21,964 bases of DNA, taken from assembly GCA_043228905.1 (NCBI GenBank), contig JBHGNT010000514.1, forward strand, positions 1 through 21,964. Direction: 5' to 3'. Both the position numbers and the translations under genes were made by a program. This document shows, piece by piece, positions 1-7,866 of the stretch. The first letter of the stretch is position 1, and the number at the start of each line of letters is the position of its first letter. This stretch comes from Azolla caroliniana. Lineage: Eukaryota; Plantae; Polypodiophyta. Under the pieces are notes generated by a model, which saw nothing but the letters and a program-made list of their open reading frames with translations, searched no databases and was not told where the DNA came from.

Positions 1-443
1 CTGCAGCACCGTTCCGAGGGTCTTGAGTATCGAGTGTTTTCGATCCATGGGGAGCGACGTCCTTGTTCACCTTCCTCTCTTTCGGAGCGCTCTTGTAGCT
101 CTCGGATCTGCTTGTCGATGAAATCACCGCACTCTCGCCTCAGTTCCTCGTCACGTGGCTCATCGCGACCACGGCTACGACGTTCCCTTTCCTCTTCGGA
201 GTCTCTCTTGTTGTCTCTGTAGCGGCGCCCCTCCTCAAGGAACCCCTCACGACGTCGCTCGCGCCTCTCGTCATCGCACTCCCCCTCTCGGCGTCGATCG
301 CGCCTCTCCTCGTCAATGTCTCCCTCACGACGTCGATCGCGTCGCTCCTCTTCACGGTCCCGCCCTACAGACCTAGCATTGGCCGCGGTACACGCGGCGA
401 GCATGATCACGGCCATGAGGAATACGGAAGTAAGCTTTGCCAT
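1..443 (-). CDS. Copy 1 (5' part only; 3' end outside window) of secreted Arg/Glu-rich 2S albumin-like (prolamin superfamily) storage protein precursor
   Basis: ATG at 443-441 in context gcaATGGCA. Sequence matches the 5' part of copy 2 shifted by 1655 bp and runs off the window just after the CC motif. Confidence 0.85.
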   Translation of the reverse strand, partial: MAKLTSVFLMAVIMLAACTAANARSVGRDREEERRDRRREGDIDEERRDRRREGECDDERRERRREGFLEEGRRYRDNKRDSEEERERRSRGRDEPRDEELRRECGDFIDKQIRELQERSEREEGEQGRRSPWIENTRYSRPSERCC

Positions 444-509
444 TGCGATTGTCCTTATGATCCCGGTGCTTGTCTCCTAATGGATTGTATTGACATTGCT
501 CCCTCCACC

Positions 510-520
510 TTTAATATATA
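510..520 (-). promoter_or_regulatory. TATA box (repeated at the same offset in every unit)
   Basis: Minus strand reads TATATATTAAA 67-77 bp upstream of the ATG at 443, consistent with a ~40-nt 5' UTR. Confidence 0.75.
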
Positions 521-526
521 CACATG

Positions 527-552
527 GCCATGCAATCAGAGCACATGCATGT
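527..552. promoter_or_regulatory. Two RY/Sph elements (B3-domain ABI3/FUS3/LEC2-type sites), repeated in every spacer
   Basis: GCCATGCA at 527-534 (legumin-box-like core) and perfect CATGCATG at 544-551, immediately upstream of the TATA box. CACATG E-boxes at 521-526 and 542-547. Confidence 0.75.
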
Positions 553-574
553 CACTCACCACTCCCATTACCAT

Positions 575-804
575 AACGTGTGTGTCCTGCGTACAACTCT
601 TGCCCAAGACCCATACCAACTAGTCCACCCTCCCACACGTCTAGGCTAGTCCTAGGTGTCGTATTGTCACCAGACAATCTGGGCGCAACCTGTAGCGGGT
701 ACTCCTCCTCCTCGCGCGAGAGCTTGTCGAGCAACATAACATTTATACATACATAGGTAAATGTGCGCACTCGCGCGTGCGCGTAGGGGTGTGCGGGCAC
801 GTGC
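575..804. promoter_or_regulatory. ACGT-core elements (ABRE-like and G-box; candidate bZIP sites), repeated in every spacer
   Basis: AACGTGT at 575-581, ACACGT at 635-640 (minus strand ACGTGTGG) and palindromic GCACGTGC at 797-804. These are short motifs, supported mainly by their co-occurrence with RY boxes. Confidence 0.5.
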
Positions 805-1151
805 ACATTAAACTAGAACGCGCTAGTGCCGAGACACTAAGCACGCGGAGGCTACTGCGGGACGAGTGGTGGCTCCCGAGTGTGCTACATCGATGAACGT
901 AGATAGACCGGTGTCCGTACTCGCTCGTTCGGACGGACGAGGGGTTGGTAACGACGACGACAAGGAAAGCTAACCGGACTACCACACTAGGAGTGTCCTA
1001 TCGGGCAAGTGTGGAAGCAAGTTCACATTCGCCGCGTGTACAAGTTGACCTTAGCCTTAGCCGTTGCCGTGGCGTGTGCGGTATGGGTGTCCTGCTTTGA
1101 TGTTTTCTTTTCCGTTTGGGTGGTTTGCGGTCCCTATAGGCAAATTCTATG

Positions 1152-1213
1152 CGTTGGTGCTCGTGTTTACGTTCGTGTTGGAGGGACGTTGGTGCTCGTG
1201 TTTACGTTCGTGT
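1152..1213. repeat. 27-bp perfect direct repeat (2 copies, 35-bp period) downstream of each gene
   Basis: CGTTGGTGCTCGTGTTTACGTTCGTGT at 1152-1178 and 1187-1213; present in every spacer. Confidence 0.95.
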
Positions 1214-1312
1214 GGGTGTAATGCGCGATTGGGGAGACGCACTTGTTCGTAAACACTTACGAGAAATTAGAGAGAGACCACGAGAATAATTTGAACAAGG
1301 TTTATGTACTAT

Positions 1313-2098
1313 TTAGAAGCGACGAATACAAGCACGAGGGCGAAGATCGCACTGTTGGAGTAGGCGGGAGGCGGCGACGCCTAGAGCTCTTTCCTCGTCA
1401 TCGGCCTTGAATTGGCGACGTTGTTGACGTTCGTCCTCTTGTCGTCGAGACATGCGGTGGCGGCGTTCGTCACCCTCTCGTCGCTCACGGCTGCTATCTC
1501 TCTCGCGCTCCTCGTCCTCTTCCTCCCAGCTACGGTGTTCCCTTGATTGTTGGCCATGGCGTCGGCCTTCATCATTGCGTCGTTCCTCCTCGTCAGCATA
1601 CAAGGCATCACGTAGGCGATCGCATCGATCTTCGGCGGGGATTCGTTCGACGTTCCTGCAGCACCGTTCCGAGGGTCTTGAGTATCGAGTGTTTTCGATC
1701 CATGGGGAGCGACGTCCTTGTTCACCTTCCTCTCTTTCGGAGCGCTCTTGTAGCTCTCGGATCTGCTTGTCGATGAAATCACCGCACTCTCGCCTCAGTT
1801 CCTCGTCACGTGGCTCATCGCGACCACGGCTACGACGTTCCCTTTCCTCTTCGGAGTCTCTCTTGTTGTCTCTGTAGCGGCGCCCCTCCTCAAGGAACCC
1901 CTCACGACGTCGCTCGCGCCTCTCGTCATCGCACTCCCCCTCTCGGCGTCGATCGCGCCTCTCCTCGTCAATGTCTCCCTCACGACGTCGATCGCGTCGC
2001 TCCTCTTCACGGTCCCGCCCTACAGACCTAGCATTGGCCGCGGTACACGCGGCGAGCATGATCACGGCCATGAGGAATACGGAAGTAAGCTTTGCCAT
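1313..2098 (-). CDS. Copy 2: 261-aa secreted Arg/Glu-rich 2S albumin-like (prolamin superfamily) seed/spore storage protein precursor, intronless
   Basis: Signal peptide MAKLTSVFLMAVIMLAACTAANA (A-N-A cleavage motif). 2S-albumin-like blocks LRRECGDFIDKQ, ERCCRNVERIPAEDRCDRLRDAL and ASRLLQQCDLRPRAC. About a quarter Arg (~68/261 by hand count). Plant-type start context, upstream TATA and RY boxes. Confidence 0.87.
   Translation of the reverse strand: MAKLTSVFLMAVIMLAACTAANARSVGRDREEERRDRRREGDIDEERRDRRREGECDDERRERRREGFLEEGRRYRDNKRDSEEERERRSRGRDEPRDEELRRECGDFIDKQIRELQERSEREEGEQGRRSPWIENTRYSRPSERCCRNVERIPAEDRCDRLRDALYADEEERRNDEGRRHGQQSREHRSWEEEDEERERDSSRERREGDERRHRMSRRQEDERQQRRQFKADDEERALGVAASRLLQQCDLRPRACIRRF
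1898..2014 (-). repeat. Coding minisatellite: 3 x 39 bp (13 aa) imperfect repeat in the N-terminal region of each gene copy
   Basis: DREEERRDRRREG / DIDEERRDRRREG / ECDDERRERRREG (residues 29-67), followed by a partial FLEEGRR. Confidence 0.9.
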
Positions 2099-2967
2099 TG
2101 CGATTGTCCTTATGATCCCGGTGCTTGTCTCCTAATGGATTGTATTGACATTGCTCCCTCCACCTTTAATATATACACATGGCCATGCAATCAGAGCACA
2201 TGCATGTCACTCACCACTCCCATTACCATAACGTGTGTGTCCTGCGTACAACTCTTGCCCAAGACCCATACCAACTAGTCCACCCTCCCACACGTCTAGG
2301 CTAGTCCTAGGTGTCGTATTGTCACCAGACAATCTGGGCGCAACCTGTAGCGGGTACTCCTCCTCCTCGCGCGAGAGCTTGTCGAGCAACATAACATTTA
2401 TACATACATAGGTAAATGTGCGCACTCGCGCGTGCGCGTAGGGGTGTGCGGGCACGTGCACATTAAACTAGAACGCGCTAGTGCCGAGACACTAAGCACG
2501 CGGAGGCTACTGCGGGACGAGTGGTGGCTCCCGAGTGTGCTACATCGATGAACGTAGATAGACCGGTGTCCGTACTCGCTCGTTCGGACGGACGAGGGGT
2601 TGGTAACGACGACGACAAGGAAAGCTAACCGGACTACCACACTAGGAGTGTCCTATCGGGCAAGTGTGGAAGCAAGTTCACATTCGCCGCGTGTACAAGT
2701 TGACCTTAGCCTTAGCCGTTGCCGTGGCGTGTGCGGTATGGGTGTCCTGCTTTGATGTTTTCTTTTCCGTTTGGGTGGTTTGCGGTCCCTATAGGCAAAT
2801 TCTATGCGTTGGTGCTCGTGTTTACGTTCGTGTTGGAGGGACGTTGGTGCTCGTGTTTACGTTCGTGTGGGTGTAATGCGCGATTGGGGAGACGCACTTG
2901 TTCGTAAACACTTACGAGAAATTAGAGAGAGACCACGAGAATAATTTGAACAAGGTTTATGTACTAT

Positions 2968-3738
2968 TTAGAAGCGACGAATACAAGCACGAGGGCGAAG
3001 ATCGCACTGTTGGAGTAGGCGGGAGGCGGCGACGCCTAGAGCTCTTTCCTCGTCATCGGCCTTGAATTGGCGACGTTGTTGACGTTCGTCCTCTTGTCGT
3101 CGAGACATGCGGTGGCGGCGTTCGTCACCCTCTCGTCGCTCACGGCTGCTATCTCTCTCGCGCTCCTCGTCCTCTTCCTCCCAGCTACGGTGTTCCCTTG
3201 ATTGTTGGCCATGGCGTCGGCCTTCATCATTGCGTCGTTCCTCCTCGTCAGCATACAAGGCATCACGTAGGCGATCGCATCGATCTTCGGCGGGGATTCG
3301 TTCGACGTTCCTGCAGCACCGTTCCGAGGGTCTTGAGTATCGAGTGTTTTCGATCCATGGGGAGCGACGTCCTTGTTCACCTTCCTCTCTTTCGGAGCGC
3401 TCTTGTAGCTCTCGGATCTGCTTGTCGATGAAATCACCGCACTCTCGCCTCAGTTCCTCGTCACGTGGCTCATCGCGACCACGGCTACGACGTTCCCTTT
3501 CCTCTTCGGAGTCTCTCTTGTTGTCTCTGTAGCGGCGCCCCTCCTCAAGGAACCCCTCACGACGTCGCTCGCACTCCCCCTCTCGGCGTCGATCGCGCCT
3601 CTCCTCGTCAATGTCTCCCTCACGACGTCGATCGCGTCGCTCCTCTTCACGGTCCCGCCCTACAGACCTAGCATTGGCCGCGGTACACGCGGCGAGCATG
3701 ATCACGGCCATGAGGAATACGGAAGTAAGCTTTGCCAT
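2968..3738 (-). CDS. Copy 3: 256-aa variant of the 2S albumin-like precursor (in-frame 15-bp deletion, DDERR lost)
   Basis: ORF track 256 aa. EGECDDERRERRREG becomes EGECERRREG; junction near 3572. Confidence 0.85.
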   Translation of the reverse strand: MAKLTSVFLMAVIMLAACTAANARSVGRDREEERRDRRREGDIDEERRDRRREGECERRREGFLEEGRRYRDNKRDSEEERERRSRGRDEPRDEELRRECGDFIDKQIRELQERSEREEGEQGRRSPWIENTRYSRPSERCCRNVERIPAEDRCDRLRDALYADEEERRNDEGRRHGQQSREHRSWEEEDEERERDSSRERREGDERRHRMSRRQEDERQQRRQFKADDEERALGVAASRLLQQCDLRPRACIRRF

Positions 3739-4607
3739 TGCGATTGTCCTTATGATCCCGGTGCTTGTCTCCTAATGGATTGTATTGACATTGCTCCCTC
3801 CACCTTTAATATATACACATGGCCATGCAATCAGAGCACATGCATGTCACTCACCACTCCCATTACCATAACGTGTGTGTCCTGCGTACAACTCTTGCCC
3901 AAGACCCATACCAACTAGTCCACCCTCCCACACGTCTAGGCTAGTCCTAGGTGTCGTATTGTCACCAGACAATCTGGGCGCAACCTGTAGCGGGTACTCC
4001 TCCTCCTCGCGCGAGAGCTTGTCGAGCAACATAACATTTATACATACATAGGTAAATGTGCGCACTCGCGCGTGCGCGTAGGGGTGTGCGGGCACGTGCA
4101 CATTAAACTAGAACGCGCTAGTGCCGAGACACTAAGCACGCGGAGGCTACTGCGGGACGAGTGGTGGCTCCCGAGTGTGCTACATCGATGAACGTAGATA
4201 GACCGGTGTCCGTACTCGCTCGTTCGGACGGACGAGGGGTTGGTAACGACGACGACAAGGAAAGCTAACCGGACTACCACACTAGGAGTGTCCTATCGGG
4301 CAAGTGTGGAAGCAAGTTCACATTCGCCGCGTGTACAAGTTGACCTTAGCCTTAGCCGTTGCCGTGGCGTGTGCGGTATGGGTGTCCTGCTTTGATGTTT
4401 TCTTTTCCGTTTGGGTGGTTTGCGGTCCCTATAGGCAAATTCTATGCGTTGGTGCTCGTGTTTACGTTCGTGTTGGAGGGACGTTGGTGCTCGTGTTTAC
4501 GTTCGTGTGGGTGTAATGCGCGATTGGGGAGACGCACTTGTTCGTAAACACTTACGAGAAATTAGAGAGAGACCACGAGAATAATTTGAACAAGGTTTAT
4601 GTACTAT

Positions 4608-5357
4608 TTAGAAGCGACGAATACAAGCACGAGGGCGAAGATCGCACTGTTGGAGTAGGCGGGAGGCGGCGACGCCTAGAGCTCTTTCCTCGTCATCGGC
4701 CTTGAATTGGCGACGTTGTTGACGTTCGTCCTCTTGTCGTCGAGACATGCGGTGGCGGCGTTCGTCACCCTCTCGTCGCTCACGGCTGCTATCTCTCTCG
4801 CGCTCCTCGTCCTCTTCCTCCCAGCTACGGTGTTCCCTTGATTGTTGGCCATGGCGTCGGCCTTCATCATTGCGTCGTTCCTCCTCGTCAGCATACAAGG
4901 CATCACGTAGGCGATCGCATCGATCTTCGGCGGGGATTCGTTCGACGTTCCTGCAGCACCGTTCCGAGGGTCTTGAGTATCGAGTGTTTTCGATCCATGG
5001 GGAGCGACGTCCTTGTTCACCTTCCTCTCTTTCGGAGCGCTCTTGTAGCTCTCGGATCTGCTTGTCGATGAAATCACCGCACTCTCGCCTCAGTTCCTCG
5101 TCACGTGGCTCATCGCGACCACGGCTACGACGTTCCCTTTCCTCTTCGGAGTCTCTCTTGTTGTCTCTGTAGCGGCGCCCCTCCTCAAGGAACCCCTCAC
5201 GACGTCGCTCGCATCGCACTCCCCCTCTCGGCGTCGATCGCGCCTCTCCTCGTCAATGTCTCCCTCACGACGTCGATCGCGTCGCTCCTCTTCACGGTCC
5301 CGCCCTACCGGCGAGCATGATCACGGCCATGAGGAATACGGAAGTAAGCTTTGCCAT
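4608..5357 (-). pseudogene. Copy 4: frameshifted copy of the 2S albumin-like gene (26-bp and 10-bp deletions, premature TGA)
   Basis: ATG at 5357-5355 reads MAKLTSVFLMAVIMLAGRAGP then TGA at 5294-5292, after a 26-bp deletion near 5308. A 10-bp deletion near 5212 restores the frame, leaving the 3' ~200 codons (4608-5212) intact. Confidence 0.85.
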
Positions 5358-6226
5358 TGCGATTGTCCTTATGATCCCGGTGCTTGTCTCCTAATGGATT
5401 GTATTGACATTGCTCCCTCCACCTTTAATATATACACATGGCCATGCAATCAGAGCACATGCATGTCACTCACCACTCCCATTACCATAACGTGTGTGTC
5501 CTGCGTACAACTCTTGCCCAAGACCCATACCAACTAGTCCACCCTCCCACACGTCTAGGCTAGTCCTAGGTGTCGTATTGTCACCAGACAATCTGGGCGC
5601 AACCTGTAGCGGGTACTCCTCCTCCTCGCGCGAGAGCTTGTCGAGCAACATAACATTTATACATACATAGGTAAATGTGCGCACTCGCGCGTGCGCGTAG
5701 GGGTGTGCGGGCACGTGCACATTAAACTAGAACGCGCTAGTGCCGAGACACTAAGCACGCGGAGGCTACTGCGGGACGAGTGGTGGCTCCCGAGTGTGCT
5801 ACATCGATGAACGTAGATAGACCGGTGTCCGTACTCGCTCGTTCGGACGGACGAGGGGTTGGTAACGACGACGACAAGGAAAGCTAACCGGACTACCACA
5901 CTAGGAGTGTCCTATCGGGCAAGTGTGGAAGCAAGTTCACATTCGCCGCGTGTACAAGTTGACCTTAGCCTTAGCCGTTGCCGTGGCGTGTGCGGTATGG
6001 GTGTCCTGCTTTGATGTTTTCTTTTCCGTTTGGGTGGTTTGCGGTCCCTATAGGCAAATTCTATGCGTTGGTGCTCGTGTTTACGTTCGTGTTGGAGGGA
6101 CGTTGGTGCTCGTGTTTACGTTCGTGTGGGTGTAATGCGCGATTGGGGAGACGCACTTGTTCGTAAACACTTACGAGAAATTAGAGAGAGACCACGAGAA
6201 TAATTTGAACAAGGTTTATGTACTAT

Positions 6227-6997
6227 TTAGAAGCGACGAATACAAGCACGAGGGCGAAGATCGCACTGTTGGAGTAGGCGGGAGGCGGCGACGCCTAGAG
6301 CTCTTTCCTCGTCATCGGCCTTGAATTGGCGACGTTGTTGACGTTCGTCCTCTTGTCGTCGAGACATGCGGTGGCGGCGTTCGTCACCCTCTCGTCGCTC
6401 ACGGCTGCTATCTCTCTCGCGCTCCTCGTCCTCTTCCTCCCAGCTACGGTGTTCCCTTGATTGTTGGCCATGGCGTCGGCCTTCATCATTGCGTCGTTCC
6501 TCCTCGTCAGCATACAAGGCATCACGTAGGCGATCGCATCGATCTTCGGCGGGGATTCGTTCGACGTTCCTGCAGCACCGTTCCGAGGGTCTTGAGTATC
6601 GAGTGTTTTCGATCCATGGGGAGCGACGTCCTTGTTCACCTTCCTCTCTTTCGGAGCGCTCTTGTAGCTCTCGGATCTGCTTGTCGATGAAATCACCGCA
6701 CTCTCGCCTCAGTTCCTCGTCACGTGGCTCATCGCGACCACGGCTACGACGTTCCCTTTCCTCTTCGGAGTCTCTCTTGTTGTCTCTGTAGCGGCGCCCC
6801 TCCTCAAGGAACCCCTCACGACGTCGCTCGCACTCCCCCTCTCGGCGTCGATCGCGCCTCTCCTCGTCAATGTCTCCCTCACGACGTCGATCGCGTCGCT
6901 CCTCTTCACGGTCCCGCCCTACAGACCTAGCATTGGCCGCGGTACACGCGGCGAGCATGATCACGGCCATGAGGAATACGGAAGTAAGCTTTGCCAT
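6227..6997 (-). CDS. Copy 5: 256-aa variant of the 2S albumin-like precursor (same 15-bp deletion as copy 3)
   Basis: ORF track 256 aa, identical to copy 3; junction near 6831. Confidence 0.85.
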   Translation of the reverse strand: MAKLTSVFLMAVIMLAACTAANARSVGRDREEERRDRRREGDIDEERRDRRREGECERRREGFLEEGRRYRDNKRDSEEERERRSRGRDEPRDEELRRECGDFIDKQIRELQERSEREEGEQGRRSPWIENTRYSRPSERCCRNVERIPAEDRCDRLRDALYADEEERRNDEGRRHGQQSREHRSWEEEDEERERDSSRERREGDERRHRMSRRQEDERQQRRQFKADDEERALGVAASRLLQQCDLRPRACIRRF

Positions 6998-7866
6998 TGC
7001 GATTGTCCTTATGATCCCGGTGCTTGTCTCCTAATGGATTGTATTGACATTGCTCCCTCCACCTTTAATATATACACATGGCCATGCAATCAGAGCATGC
7101 ATGTCACTCACCACTCTCCCATTACCATAACGTGTGTGTCCTGCGTACAACTCTTGCCCAAGACCCATACCAACTAGTCCACCCTCCCACACGTCTAGGC
7201 TAGTCCTAGGTGTCGTATTGTCACCAGACAATCTGGGCGCAACCTGTAGCGGGTACTCCTCCTCCTCGCGCGAGAGCTTGTCGAGCAACATAACATTTAT
7301 ACATACATAGGTAAATGTGCGCACTCGCGCGTGCGCGTAGGGGTGTGCGGGCACGTGCACATTAAACTAGAACGCGCTAGTGCCGAGACACTAAGCACGC
7401 GGAGGCTACTGCGGGACGAGTGGTGGCTCCCGAGTGTGCTACATCGATGAACGTAGATAGACCGGTGTCCGTACTCGCTCGTTCGGACGGACGAGGGGTT
7501 GGTAACGACGACGACAAGGAAAGCTAACCGGACTACCACACTAGGAGTGTCCTATCGGGCAAGTGTGGAAGCAAGTTCACATTCGCCGCGTGTACAAGTT
7601 GACCTTAGCCTTAGCCGTTGCCGTGGCGTGTGCGGTATGGGTGTCCTGCTTTGATGTTTTCTTTTCCGTTTGGGTGGTTTGCGGTCCCTATAGGCAAATT
7701 CTATGCGTTGGTGCTCGTGTTTACGTTCGTGTTGGAGGGACGTTGGTGCTCGTGTTTACGTTCGTGTGGGTGTAATGCGCGATTGGGGAGACGCACTTGT
7801 TCGTAAACACTTACGAGAAATTAGAGAGAGACCACGAGAATAATTTGAACAAGGTTTATGTACTAT

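Noticed and set aside
615-1005. Possible MITE or Helitron remnant (several CTAG motifs and small palindromes such as CTAGG-N5-CCTAG and ACACT-AGG-AGTGT)
   Set aside because: No convincing terminal inverted repeats, target-site duplication or hairpin-plus-CTRR end could be established by eye.
1050-1063. CCTTAGCCTTAGCC as a telomere-like repeat
   Set aside because: Only ~2 units, and it does not match TTTAGGG, TTAGGG or TTAGGC on either strand.
1152-1213. CRISPR-like repeat-spacer-repeat
   Set aside because: Only two repeats with an 8-bp invariant gap, no cas genes, and a eukaryotic context.
552-1252. Spacer ORFs of 84, 80, 70 and 62 aa (including the hydrophobic Val-rich 70-aa ORF)
   Set aside because: Short, mostly GTG-initiated, and overlapping promoter motifs. 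The hydrophobicity follows from the G/T-rich strand bias.
1381-1782. 133-aa and 71-aa same-strand alternative-frame ORFs overlapping the main gene
   Set aside because: Frame-shifted readings of a GC-rich low-complexity CDS, with no independent evidence of coding.
1452-1877. 141-aa Ser/Arg-rich plus-strand ORF (and the 73- and 77-aa antisense ORFs) in every unit
   Set aside because: Antisense shadow of the Arg/Glu-codon-rich CDS. It has no promoter or recognisable domain, and recurrence only reflects the tandem duplication.
1313-2098. Alternative identities: trichohyalin-like, SR splicing factor, or vicilin N-terminal (CxxxC) domain
   Set aside because: The resemblance is compositional only. 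The signal peptide, CC...xRC...C...C blocks and RY promoter fit the prolamin superfamily, and there are no CxxxC pairs, cupin domain or RRM.
4608-5219. 203-aa ORF as an independent shorter gene
   Set aside because: Its start is a GTG brought into frame by the 10-bp deletion. It is the remnant of pseudogenised copy 4 and lacks a signal peptide.
7031-7360. 109-aa ORF unique to one unit
   Set aside because: It is the spurious 84-aa spacer ORF extended by the -2/+2 promoter indels.
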